Origin: an uncultured Chloroflexia bacterium
GTDB lineage: Bacteria > Chloroflexota > Limnocylindria > Limnocylindrales > CSP1-4
Direction of reading: 5' to 3'
Length of the DNA stretch: 64,000 nt
Assembly (NCBI GenBank): GCA_963796715.1
Contig: CAWCMN010000007.1
Coordinates: forward strand, 388,586-452,585
A model generated the notes under the pieces. It was given only the letters and a program-made list of their open reading frames with translations. It ran no database searches and was not told where the DNA came from. Shown here in pieces: positions 48,967 through 57,931 of the stretch. A program made the translations under genes and the position numbers. Numbering within the stretch: position 1 is the first letter of the stretch; each line of letters starts with the position of its first letter.

Positions 48967-50679
48967 ATGACGGCCAAGCTGCTGGCGACCGCCCTCGGCT
49001 CGCTCGCGCTCCTCTTCGCCGTCATCTCGCCGATCGCCGCGGCGGGCCCGCCGTTCCCCGACCCGGTCGGCGGCCAGTACGTCTACGACACGGCCGATGT
49101 CTTCTCGCCGGGTGTCATCGAGCAGGTCCAGTCGACCATCGCCGCGATCCGGCAGCGGACCGGCGCCGAGATCGTCGTCTACACCCAGACCAAGCCGGGC
49201 GTCGACGAGCAGGGGGCGAAGGACGACGCGGACGCCCTTGGCAACCAGTGGGGCGTTGGCCAGGCCGGCTTCGATAACGGCCTGGTGATCCTCTTCGACC
49301 TGGACGAGACCGGGTGCCACGGCCAGGTCCGGCTGGACCCCGGCCCCGGGTTCGCGGCGACCTACATGAGCGAGGGTGACCTCGAGGCCGTCTACGAGAA
49401 CGACATGCTGCCGCAGCTGGAAGCCTGCGACATGGACGGAGCCGTCCAGGCCGGGGTCGCGAGGATCGACGCCAGCATGACGCCGGAGGCAGCCCAGCAG
49501 CTGGCCTTCGCGCGCGAGGTCAATGCGGTGGTCGGGCTCATCATCGCCCCCCTCCTCTTCATCCTCGCCGCGGGCTACGCCGTGCTGGCCTGGTACCGCA
49601 AGGGTCGCGATGCCGTGTACACCGACGACCCCTCGGTGCTCATGGCGGGTCCGCCGGAGGCCCTCACCGCGGCGAGCGCGGCGCTCATCTACGACGACCG
49701 CTCGAGCCGCCGCACGCTGACCACGGCGATGGTCGACCTGGCCAGCCGCGGCGAACTGGCCTTCGCGCCCGAGAGCGGCGCCAAGGTCGGCATCCGGGTC
49801 CTTGACCCGCATCCCGACGACGCGACCCTCGCGGCGGCGCGGCGGCGGCCGCTGTCGGACGCCGAGACGTATCTGGTGGGCGCCGTCCGAGGCATCTCCA
49901 CGGACTACCTGGATCCCTCGGACGTCCTGCAGTTCGGCCAGAAGACCCCCGAGTTCGACAAGCGGCTCGAGCAGCATGCGGTCGACCAGGGCTGGTTCGC
50001 GCGACGACCGCGCGATCTCATCCAACGCTGGTCGCTCGTGGGAGTCGCCGAGCTCGTCCTGGCCATCGTGTTCGGGCTCATCGGGGTCAACCTGCCGAGC
50101 AGCGGGCTCGTCCTGCTGGCCGTCGCGGCCGGAGCAGCCGCCGCTGTGACCGTGGCGGTCGCCCGGGTGATGCCCGCGCGCACGCTCGATGGGGCACGCG
50201 TGCAGGCCATGCTGCAGGCGTACCGCCGCACGCTCCAGGCGACGATGGCCCAGGCGAGGTCGATGCCCCAGGTCGTCCAGCAGGCCAACCTGGCATGGCT
50301 GGACACACCCGATCTGGCCACCGTGTGGGGGGTCGCCCTGGGCCTCCAGAACGAGATCCAGACCGTCCTCCAACGGACCATGGACGATCAACGGGCGGCT
50401 GGCGGCACCGTGAGCAGCGCCGCCTGGCTCCCCATCTGGTTCAGCCCGGCCTGGTCCACCGCGACCTCCCGGTCGGCGTTCGCCGCCGGCGGCACGGGGC
50501 TCTTCGCGGCCGGCAGCTTCTCCGCCTCGCCCATCCCGAACTTCGGCAGCATGTTCTCGGCGCTCGGCGCCATCGGCAACACGCCCAGCTCCTCCGGCAG
50601 CGGCGGTGGGGGCGGCTTCGGCGGAGGGTTCGGCGGTGGCGGCGGCTTCAGCGGGGGCGGGGCGGGCGGCGGCTTCTGA
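48967..50679 (+). CDS. TPM-domain + DUF2207 membrane protein with C-terminal Gly-rich tail
   Basis: A signal peptide MTAKLLATALGSLALLFAVISPIAAA is followed by a TPM (TLP18.3/Psb32-like) domain (YVYDTADVFSPGVIEQVQSTIAAIRQRTGAEIVVYT), then TM helices and a GGGGGFGGGFGGGGGFSGGGAGGGF C-terminus. Confidence 0.75.
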   Translation: MTAKLLATALGSLALLFAVISPIAAAGPPFPDPVGGQYVYDTADVFSPGVIEQVQSTIAAIRQRTGAEIVVYTQTKPGVDEQGAKDDADALGNQWGVGQAGFDNGLVILFDLDETGCHGQVRLDPGPGFAATYMSEGDLEAVYENDMLPQLEACDMDGAVQAGVARIDASMTPEAAQQLAFAREVNAVVGLIIAPLLFILAAGYAVLAWYRKGRDAVYTDDPSVLMAGPPEALTAASAALIYDDRSSRRTLTTAMVDLASRGELAFAPESGAKVGIRVLDPHPDDATLAAARRRPLSDAETYLVGAVRGISTDYLDPSDVLQFGQKTPEFDKRLEQHAVDQGWFARRPRDLIQRWSLVGVAELVLAIVFGLIGVNLPSSGLVLLAVAAGAAAAVTVAVARVMPARTLDGARVQAMLQAYRRTLQATMAQARSMPQVVQQANLAWLDTPDLATVWGVALGLQNEIQTVLQRTMDDQRAAGGTVSSAAWLPIWFSPAWSTATSRSAFAAGGTGLFAAGSFSASPIPNFGSMFSALGAIGNTPSSSGSGGGGGFGGGFGGGGGFSGGGAGGGF

Positions 50680-50710
50680 CCGCGGCGTCGCCCTCGGCTA
50701 GACTGGGCTC

Positions 50711-51040
50711 GTGGGCGCCGTCGAGACCATGGACCAGTTCTTCGAGCATCTCAACGCGGGCGAGCGCGAGGCCGCCGTGGCCCTCATGGCCGACAACGCG
50801 GAGATGCGCATCCACGTTGGCGACAACTCGCAGCTGCTCCGCGGCGTGGAGCGGGTCGGGGGCTGGTTCCTGCGCGCGGACAAGGGCCTCAAGATGATCC
50901 CGGCCGATATCCGCGACACCGGCTCGACCTACGAGTGCGATGTGCTCGTCGTCCGGCCCGGCGTCAACTCGCAGCACCTCGACGCCACCTTCCGCGTGGA
51001 GGCCGGCCGCATCACGGCCATCAACCTCGCCCCTCGCTAG
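50711..51040 (+). CDS. NTF2-like (SnoaL/DUF4440-type) small protein
   Basis: Its 109 aa include the motif FFEHLNAGEREAAVALMADN. Confidence 0.55.
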   Translation: MGAVETMDQFFEHLNAGEREAAVALMADNAEMRIHVGDNSQLLRGVERVGGWFLRADKGLKMIPADIRDTGSTYECDVLVVRPGVNSQHLDATFRVEAGRITAINLAPR

Positions 51041-51059
51041 GGCCGCGCGGACCGCTCCC

Positions 51060-51539
51060 GTGGACCCTGCGATCCTGGTGAGGGAGCTGGAAGCGCCGAC
51101 GGAAGCCGAGATCACCCGCCTCGCCGATCTCTTCGACCAGTACCGCGCCCATTACGGCCAGGCGATCCAGGCCGGGCGATCGGCGTCGTGGTTGAGGGAC
51201 AACCTGCGAAGCGGGCGCCTGACCGCGTTCGTCGCGGAGATGCAAGGGGAGCTGGTCGGCTTCGCCGTGACGACGGACGTGCCGGCCTCGCTGCGGCTGG
51301 GCCACTACTGGCAGATCCGGGACCTGTTCGTGGTGCCGAGCCGACGGCGGCTCGGCGCGGCGCGCGGCCTGCTCGATGGCATCCGCAACTCGGCGACCGC
51401 CGCGGGCGCCCTGCGTCTGGCGGTCCAGACCGAAGTCGACAACGCCGGCGCTCTGCGGCTCTACGAGCAGAGCGGTTTCACGCCCGTCGAGGACTACCGC
51501 GCGCTCATGGCGCCGCTCGTGCCTGACGAGCCTACCTAG
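51060..51539 (+). CDS. GNAT-family N-acetyltransferase
   Basis: The region LVGFAVTT...WQIRDLFVVPSRRRLGAARGLL (Q/RxxGxG/A) is present. The GTG start has no clear RBS. Confidence 0.6.
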   Translation: MDPAILVRELEAPTEAEITRLADLFDQYRAHYGQAIQAGRSASWLRDNLRSGRLTAFVAEMQGELVGFAVTTDVPASLRLGHYWQIRDLFVVPSRRRLGAARGLLDGIRNSATAAGALRLAVQTEVDNAGALRLYEQSGFTPVEDYRALMAPLVPDEPT

Positions 51540-52621
51540 GGTCCGCTGCTGGCGCTGGCGGAGGCGCCGGGGGTCGGGATCGTGATCTTGTCGCCGACCT
51601 TGATCTTGTTCGGGTCGGTGATCTGCGGGTTGGCCGCTTCCAGATCGGCGAGGGTCACGTGGTAGCGCGCCGCGATCGTGGACAGCAGGTCGCCGGACTT
51701 GACCACGTAGATGAAGGGCGTCGGTCCCACGGCCAGGGTCGGCGCGATCGACGTCGCGGCGGCCGTGTCCGAGGCGCCGGGCGATCCGGTCGGGGTGGTG
51801 CCGTTGTTGCCGGGCAGGAGGCTCGGCAGCACGAACAGGGCCACCGCGGCCACGATGAGGGCCGTCAGCGCCAGGGCGACGGGAGGGACGGACGGGAGCC
51901 CGCTGCGCGTCCGGAGAGTGGGGTACAGCTCGTTGCGGCGCGGCCGCTCCCAGGGCGGGTTGGTGCCGTCGCTCGGCGGCACGGGCTGGCGGGGTGCCGC
52001 GCGCCCGGTGCGAGGAGCCGGGGCGCCCGTCCGTGTCCCGCTCGCGCGGCCGGCCAAAAAGGCCGGCGCGTCGGATGCGGCATCGGCCGAGGCGGGCGCT
52101 GATGCCGCGGCGGCTCCGGCCGCGGCGGTTGCACCTGCGGCGCCGCCCACGAGCGCGGCCAGTTCCGCGTGGCCGGCGCCCTCGTCCTCAGGCTCGGCCG
52201 CATGGGGCTCCTCAGGGGACTCCGGCTCGACGTCGTCGAAGGCGGCCAGCTGGCCCACGTCCCCGCGGGCCGCCGGCGGTGCGTACCGGGATGTCGAGGC
52301 TGTCGGCGGCTGGGCCACCCAGGCAGCCGGGTCGACCGGCGGCCGGCCTGCCGGCACTTCCTTGGCGGCGGCCGGGTCCGACTCCTTGGCCGCTTCCCGC
52401 CGGGCCCAGGCCTGGAAGGTCGGGCAGCTCGGGAAGTCGCGCGTCAGGCAGTAGCGCTCCTGGTGGGCCAGGGCGCGGGGGGCTGGGCGCGGCTCGGCGT
52501 AGCAGCGGTGCCGGTGGTCGGGCGCCGTCGAGCGCCGTTCGCGATCGTCCTCGAACGCGACGAAGGGACAGGCCGGCGGGATCTCGACGGGCTCCACAGC
52601 GCGTCCGGTCATCGCAGGCAT
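51536..52621 (-). CDS. LysM-domain protein with N-terminal Cys-rich region, Ala/Pro-rich linker and one TM
   Basis: The C-terminal LysM is YVVKSGDLLSTIAARYHVTLADLEAANPQITDPNKIKVGDKITIP. The N-terminal region CPFVAFEDD...HRCYAE...YCLTRDFPSCP is possibly Zn-binding. Confidence 0.65.
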   Translation of the reverse strand: MPAMTGRAVEPVEIPPACPFVAFEDDRERRSTAPDHRHRCYAEPRPAPRALAHQERYCLTRDFPSCPTFQAWARREAAKESDPAAAKEVPAGRPPVDPAAWVAQPPTASTSRYAPPAARGDVGQLAAFDDVEPESPEEPHAAEPEDEGAGHAELAALVGGAAGATAAAGAAAASAPASADAASDAPAFLAGRASGTRTGAPAPRTGRAAPRQPVPPSDGTNPPWERPRRNELYPTLRTRSGLPSVPPVALALTALIVAAVALFVLPSLLPGNNGTTPTGSPGASDTAAATSIAPTLAVGPTPFIYVVKSGDLLSTIAARYHVTLADLEAANPQITDPNKIKVGDKITIPTPGASASASSGP

Positions 52622-52723
52622 GATACCGGCAGCGGTGGGGCTCCGATGCGGGCACAATGACCGACACGACCCCCGGCCCTGCCGTCGGGCCTTCCGGCGG
52701 CGGCGCGCATGAAAGGAGCCCTC

Positions 52724-53221
52724 ATGTCGTTCACCCGCGTCATGGACGCCCTCAAGCCACGGCGGACGGCGCACGCCCACTGCGATGTGCCATGCGGCAT
52801 CTACGATCCCGCCACGGCCCAGCTCGCGGCCCGCACCGTCTCACGCATGGTCGAGCTGCTGGTTGGCCTCCCCGTGGGCGGGGCGCTCGAGGATCGCAAC
52901 AAGTTCATCCGCTGCATCGCCGTCAAGGAGCAGCACGCCGAACAGGTCAAGCGCGACGTCCAGGTCATCTGGAGCGACTACTTCAAGCCCGAGCACCTGG
53001 CCCAGTTCCCCGAACTCCACGACCTGACCTGGAAGATCCTCAAGCAGGCCGGCAAGTGCAAGCAGAGCGTCGACGCGGCCGCCGCGGCCGACCTCGAGGT
53101 GCAGGTCGCCCGCTTCGCCGAGATCTTCTGGACCACCAAGAACGCGCCCGTCCACACGATGAAGCCTTCGGCCGAGGGCGCCCCCAAGAACGCCATCGCG
53201 TGGGAGGTCCGCGCCGCCTGA
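52724..53221 (+). CDS. sodN: nickel-containing superoxide dismutase precursor
   Basis: AAAGGAG lies 5 nt before the ATG. An N-terminal propeptide is followed by the Ni-hook HCDVPCGIYDP. Confidence 0.9.
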   Translation: MSFTRVMDALKPRRTAHAHCDVPCGIYDPATAQLAARTVSRMVELLVGLPVGGALEDRNKFIRCIAVKEQHAEQVKRDVQVIWSDYFKPEHLAQFPELHDLTWKILKQAGKCKQSVDAAAAADLEVQVARFAEIFWTTKNAPVHTMKPSAEGAPKNAIAWEVRAA

Positions 53222-53224
53222 CCG

Positions 53225-53680
53225 ATGCGCCCGGTACGCCGGATGCGCGGGGCGATCCGCCGGGCCGTGCGCCACTCGGCGCGCCGCTCGCTGCGCGTCG
53301 GCGCGGTGGCCCTGGCCATCCTTGGCGCACCATCGCTCGGGCGGGTCGTCCGCTCGTGGCCGCACCGGGTAGCCGTCGAGGGTCTGAGCATGGCCCCGAG
53401 CCTCAGGCCCGGGGACTGGCTCCTCGTCGACCCGCTGGCCTACCGCGACGTGGGCCCTGCGGTGGGCGACATCGTCGTGGCACCCGACCCGCGTGAGCCC
53501 GGCCGCCTGCTGGTGAAGCGGATCGGTGGCGTCACCGCGGACGGCACCGTGGAGTTGCGTGGTGACGCGCCCGACGCCTCGACCGATTCACGGACCTTCG
53601 GGCCCCTGCCCGCCTCGGCCGTCACCGGGCGGGCGTGGGCGCGCTACTGGCCGCCGCGGCGCGCCGGCCTGCTGCGCTGA
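53225..53680 (+). CDS. sodX: S26-family signal-peptidase-like NiSOD maturation protease
   Basis: It begins 4 nt after the sodN stop. S26 boxes are present (GLSMAPSL, VKRIGG, GD....S.DSR.FG), and it is only 151 aa. Confidence 0.8.
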   Translation: MRPVRRMRGAIRRAVRHSARRSLRVGAVALAILGAPSLGRVVRSWPHRVAVEGLSMAPSLRPGDWLLVDPLAYRDVGPAVGDIVVAPDPREPGRLLVKRIGGVTADGTVELRGDAPDASTDSRTFGPLPASAVTGRAWARYWPPRRAGLLR

Positions 53681-54170
53681 TCGCCTGAGCCGGGCGGGCG
53701 CCTCACCCGCTGGCGGGCGGCTCCCCGCTGGCGCGGCGGCTCCCCGCTGGCGGGCGGCTTCCCAGAGCGCTTTGCATCCAGCGGCGACAGCGACGGAGGA
53801 CGTCACCTTCGCCCGTCGTTTCGATCGCGGGATGCACCGAACGACGGGGGAACGGCCTCCCGGAGGCCCTCGGGACTCCTTGCTCCGTCGCTGTGATCGC
53901 CAGATGCAAATGGTGCGCCGGAGCCCGCGTGCGAGCCCGGCGTCGCGCCCGCTGGCCGGAGCCTCGTGCGAGCGGCGGCGGCGCGCCCGAGGCGTGCTGC
54001 GACATCAAAGGCCCCCTGCCGCTACGAAACAGGCGCGAAAGGCCGAGTCCGGGGAGCTCGCTGGCCGGATGGGACATCAAGGGCCCGCCTTGACCGCCGG
54101 ACGACGGCTTGGTCGGCCCTAGGGGGCCTTTTGTGTCGCACCCGACGGGAGCGGGTGCGGCGCCCGCGGA
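53681..54170. repeat. repeat-dense non-coding block: 3x tandem 18-19 bp unit (CCGCTGGCGGGCGGCTCC), a roughly 24 bp inverted repeat pair around TTTGCATC/GATGCAAA, and a direct repeat GACATCAA(A/G)GGCCC
   Basis: The repeats are seen directly in the sequence. There is no credible ORF between sodX and the convergent oxidoreductase gene. Confidence 0.5.
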
Positions 54171-55136
54171 TCAGGTGCCCTGGAGGTGCCGGCCCAGGGA
54201 CGCGATCATGTCCAGGTCACGCGGCAGGAGGTCCTGCAGCGCGAGGCGCTCGACGCCAGCGGCCCGGAACGCGGCCACCTGCTCGAGCACCTGCTCGGGC
54301 GTGCCGAAGAGCCACCGTGCGCGTCGGACGGCGAGCCAGGCGGCAAGCTGCTCGGGCGTCTCGTCGGAGCGGAGCAGGTCGACCATCAACCTCGCCAGCC
54401 GTTCGTCGACCTCGCCCTGATCGGCCCCCATCAGGACGCCGGTCATGGCCGAGAAGACGAGCGTGTCAGGATCGCGCCCTTCGGCCACGCACGCGGCCCG
54501 CAGCGCCTCGCGGACCGTGGCCGCGTCGGCCGGCGTGGCGCTGGAGAGGTTGTACTCGTCGGCGAAACGGGCGGCGGCGCGGAGGCCGCGTGGCTTGCCG
54601 TTGCCGCCCACGATGAGGTGGGGGTGGCGCCTGCCGTCGCGCGCCGCCGGGGGCCGGTACAGCGAGTCGTGGACCTGCCAGAAGCGCCCCTCGAACGTCC
54701 AGCCGTCGGGTTCGGTCCACAACCCGTGCAGGATCGCCAGGGCTTCCTCGACCCGGTCGAAGCGCTCGCCCAGCGGCGGGAACGGGATACCCAGCTGGGC
54801 GTGCTCGCCCTCGTTCCAGCCGGCCCCCAGGCCGACCTCGATCCGGCCGCCGCTCATGGCATCGACGGTCGTGACGACCTTGGCGAACGCGCCGGGGATG
54901 CGGAAGGTGACCGGCGACACGAGCGCCCCCAGGCGGATCCGTCGGGTCTCGCGGGCGAGGCCGGCGAGGACGGCCCACGCGTCGGTCGTGGGGTTGTCGG
55001 AGGCGCCCGGGAAGCTGGCGTAGTGGTCGGAGCGGAGGAATCCCTCGAAGCCCGCCGCCTCGACCGTGTGCGCCACGGCGAGCTGCTCCTCGTAGCTCAG
55101 GCCCTGCTGCGGCTCGAGCATCAGCGCGTAGCGCAT
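54171..55136 (-). CDS. luciferase-like monooxygenase (LLM) class F420/flavin-dependent oxidoreductase
   Basis: LLM TIM-barrel motifs are present (FEGFLRSDHY, LGALVSPVTFRIPG, GRIEVGLGAGW). Confidence 0.8.
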   Translation of the reverse strand: MRYALMLEPQQGLSYEEQLAVAHTVEAAGFEGFLRSDHYASFPGASDNPTTDAWAVLAGLARETRRIRLGALVSPVTFRIPGAFAKVVTTVDAMSGGRIEVGLGAGWNEGEHAQLGIPFPPLGERFDRVEEALAILHGLWTEPDGWTFEGRFWQVHDSLYRPPAARDGRRHPHLIVGGNGKPRGLRAAARFADEYNLSSATPADAATVREALRAACVAEGRDPDTLVFSAMTGVLMGADQGEVDERLARLMVDLLRSDETPEQLAAWLAVRRARWLFGTPEQVLEQVAAFRAAGVERLALQDLLPRDLDMIASLGRHLQGT

Positions 55137-55150
55137 CCCGACCCTCCTTG

Positions 55151-55197
55151 TGAACCATCAATCTTGACATGACCATTCCGACGTGTAGAATGGTTCA
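55151..55197 (+). promoter_or_regulatory. promoter TTGACA-N16-TAGAAT flanked by the inverted repeat TGAACCAT...ATGGTTCA (candidate MarR operator)
   Basis: The hexamers are at 55164-69 and 55186-91. The 8 bp inverted-repeat arms are at 55151-58 and 55190-97. Confidence 0.45.
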
Positions 55198-55201
55198 TCT
55201 G

Positions 55202-55768
55202 ATGGCAACTATCGCCGACCACCCGACCACGACCGCACCCGGCGGCACGTCGATCGTCCGCCCCGAGGTCGATCCGGTCGCCCGGCGCGTCCTCGATGAG
55301 CTGTCCGACGCCCTTGGGGCGTGGCGCTGTGGGGGCAGCGAACGCCTCGTCCGGGCCGGCGTCAGCATGAGCCATCTGCACGTGATGTGGATCCTCCAGA
55401 GTCACGGTGACCTGACGATGACGCACCTGGCCGAGATGCTCGACATCTCGCTCTCGAACGCGACGGGCCTCGTGGACCGCATGGAGGAGCGCGGCGTCAT
55501 CGACCGCATCCGTGTCCCCGACGACCGACGTATCGTCCTGGTGAGCCTCTCCGATCACGGCCGCGAACTGCTCGCCCAGGTGGACCTGGTGCGCAGCGAC
55601 CTCGTGGCGGCCGTCCTCCGGCACCTGGATGCAACGCAGCTTGACGGGCTGTTGCATACACTGGCCGACCTGCGCCAGGCGATGCAGGAGGCGCGTGCCG
55701 CGGGGGAACTCCCAGTCACTTCCGCCGACGAACACGGCCACCAGCGTTACCACCCCCAGCCAGCCTGA
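55202..55768 (+). CDS. MarR-family transcriptional regulator
   Basis: The winged HTH THLAEMLDISLSNATGLVDRMEERGVI is present. The start is moved to MATIADH because the -10 box lies inside the longer listed ORF. Confidence 0.8.
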   Translation: MATIADHPTTTAPGGTSIVRPEVDPVARRVLDELSDALGAWRCGGSERLVRAGVSMSHLHVMWILQSHGDLTMTHLAEMLDISLSNATGLVDRMEERGVIDRIRVPDDRRIVLVSLSDHGRELLAQVDLVRSDLVAAVLRHLDATQLDGLLHTLADLRQAMQEARAAGELPVTSADEHGHQRYHPQPA

Positions 55769-55794
55769 CCAGACAGAGGGAGATCACCGACCTG

Positions 55795-57468
55795 ATGGAA
55801 GCCATGCCCCGAGAGGCCGTCGCGTTCGAGCCCGATACGGCTCACGATCCCGCGATCGGCCTCGATAACCGCACGAAATTCGAGATCCTGTTCGCCGTCA
55901 TGCTGGGCCTCTTCCTGACGGCGCTCGACCAGACCATCGTGGGCCCCGTCCTGCCGCATATCGTGACCGACCTCAAGGGCGCGGACCTGTACACGTGGGT
56001 GGTCACGGCGTACCTCCTGACCAGCACCGTGACCATCCCCGTCTACGGCAAGCTGTCCGACCTGTACGGGCGCAAGCCGCTGCTGATGATCGGCATCGGC
56101 ATCTTCCTGGTGGGCTCGGCCCTCTCCGGCCTGAGCCAGGAGATGTGGCAGCTGATCCTCTTCCGCGCCATCCAGGGCCTTGGGGCAGGCGCCCTATTCC
56201 CGATCTCGCTGGCCGTCGTCGGTGACCTCTTCACCCCCGCCGAGCGCGGCAAGTACCAGGGCCTCTTCGGGGCCGTCTTCGGCATCGCCTTCCTGGTCGG
56301 CCCGTTCCTGGGCGGCGTGCTCACCGATAACGTCGGCTGGCACTGGATCTTCTTCGTCAACCTGCCCATCGGCATCATCGCATTGGCGGTCATCGCCCGG
56401 CTCCTGCCGACGATCCGCCGCGAGGGTGCCCGCAACAACATCGACATCCCGGGCATCGCCACGCTGACGCTGGCCATCGTGCCCGTGCTGATCGCCCTCA
56501 CCATCGCCGAGAACGGCGACTGGTCGGCTCCTGGCGTCGTCGGGGGCTTCATCGCCGGGATCGTCTTCCTCGTGCTCTTCATCCTCGCCGAGATGCGGGC
56601 GGAGGATCCGGTCGTGCCCCTCGAGCTGTTCCGGAACCGCACCTTCACCGTGTCCAGCGTGGCCACCTTCCTGGCCAGCTTCGGCTTCGCCGTGGCCATC
56701 ATCTTCCTGCCGCTCTGGTTCCAGGTCGTGCAGGGCGCCTCGACGACCGCCTCGGGCTACGACCTCCTGCCGTTCCTGGTCGGGCTCATCATCAGCTCCG
56801 TGCTGACGGGCTTCATCATCAGTCGCACGGGCCACTACAAGTGGCTCGTCGTGGTCGCCATGGTGTTCGTGGCAGTCGGCCTGGCCCTCTTCACCAACCT
56901 GCGGGCGGATACGCCCACGCCGATCCTGTGGCTGTGGATGCTCATCGCCGGCGTCGGCGTCGGGCCGTCCTTCGCCGCGTTCACCCTCATCGTCCAGAAC
57001 GCCGTGCCGTTCACCCGCCTGGGGACCGCCACGGCCGACCTGACACTGCTGCGCCAGATCGGGACCTCGGTGGGCCTGACCGTGGGCTTCACGATCTTCT
57101 CCAACAACCTGACGTGGGACCTGCTGCGGTCGCAGATCATCGCCGCGGGCGCGCCGGCGGCTTTCGTGCCGGCGACCGCTCCGAACGGCTTCAACATCAG
57201 CCAGCAGCTGACCCAGGTGGGCGGCGATCCGCTGGGCTCCTTCCTGTCGCAGGTGCCACCCGCCGCCCAGGCCGCGTTCCTGAACGGCTTCCACGGGGCC
57301 TTTTCCATCGCCCTGGCCAACTCGATGTGGGTCGGTGTGGGCGCCGCCGTCGTGGCCGGTATCTCGACGCTCTTCCTCAAGGAGCTGCCGCTCCGCGCCA
57401 CCCACAACCCGACGTCAGAGTTCGCCCGCCAGCGGCCGACCGGGTCCGCCGCTCCGGCCGCCGACTGA
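55795..57468 (+). CDS. MFS efflux transporter, DHA2 family (14 TMS)
   Basis: The signature LGLFLTALDQTIVGPVLPHIV...GKLSDLYGRKPLLMIG is present, downstream of the MarR gene. Confidence 0.85.
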   Translation: MEAMPREAVAFEPDTAHDPAIGLDNRTKFEILFAVMLGLFLTALDQTIVGPVLPHIVTDLKGADLYTWVVTAYLLTSTVTIPVYGKLSDLYGRKPLLMIGIGIFLVGSALSGLSQEMWQLILFRAIQGLGAGALFPISLAVVGDLFTPAERGKYQGLFGAVFGIAFLVGPFLGGVLTDNVGWHWIFFVNLPIGIIALAVIARLLPTIRREGARNNIDIPGIATLTLAIVPVLIALTIAENGDWSAPGVVGGFIAGIVFLVLFILAEMRAEDPVVPLELFRNRTFTVSSVATFLASFGFAVAIIFLPLWFQVVQGASTTASGYDLLPFLVGLIISSVLTGFIISRTGHYKWLVVVAMVFVAVGLALFTNLRADTPTPILWLWMLIAGVGVGPSFAAFTLIVQNAVPFTRLGTATADLTLLRQIGTSVGLTVGFTIFSNNLTWDLLRSQIIAAGAPAAFVPATAPNGFNISQQLTQVGGDPLGSFLSQVPPAAQAAFLNGFHGAFSIALANSMWVGVGAAVVAGISTLFLKELPLRATHNPTSEFARQRPTGSAAPAAD

Positions 57469-57559
57469 TCAGGCGGCAGTCCACCGGACTGCCCCTGCCC
57501 GCGGATCGGGCCCCGCGGGGCTGCGGCCCGCGGCTCGGGCCCCTGACCGATACAAGCGA

Positions 57560-57592
57560 GCCCGGCCCACCAGGACCGGGCTCTTTCGAATT
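57560..57592 (+). terminator. candidate intrinsic terminator after the MFS gene (GCCCGG-N10-CCGGGC + TCTTTCGAATT)
   Basis: The hairpin with a T-rich tail is seen directly. This is a weak call, as U-tracts are generally poor in this genome. Confidence 0.3.
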
Positions 57593-57695
57593 CCTGCGGC
57601 CGTCAGGCAGCCGGCTTCCTTCCGGCGGTCATCCGCGCATCCTTCGGGCTCCTGCGCATCCTCCTGGCCTCCGATGCCTCCTCCCGGGCACCCAT

Positions 57696-57871
57696 GCATC
57701 CTCCCGGGCACTAGCCTGATTGGTGTTATGTGCGTTCGGGTGGCTCCTGGACCGCTCGGTCGGCCTCAGGTGATCCGATCCCGAGCGTGGGCGACGGCTC
57801 GGGACTGGGCTGGCGCGCCGAAGCAGCCACTTACCACCATCACGGCTGGTGAGGCGTGGAAACGGGTGCGG
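57696..57871. repeat. dispersed about 175 bp repeat element, copy B
   Basis: It is about 85 % identical to copy C across most of its length. The termini GCACTAGCCTGATTGGTGTTATGTGCG ... CACCATCACGGCTGGTGAGGCGTGGAAACGGGTGCGG match copy A. Confidence 0.6.
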
Positions 57872-57931
57872 AGATGGCCGCCCGCGGGTAGCGCGGGGCC
57901 CAAGCCACCTACCAGCTCGGAGCCACGCTAC

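Noticed and set aside
53700-53760. Possible CRISPR array from the tandem 18-19 bp repeats
   Set aside because: The units are directly contiguous with no spacers. There are only three copies and no cas genes nearby, so this is a simple tandem repeat.
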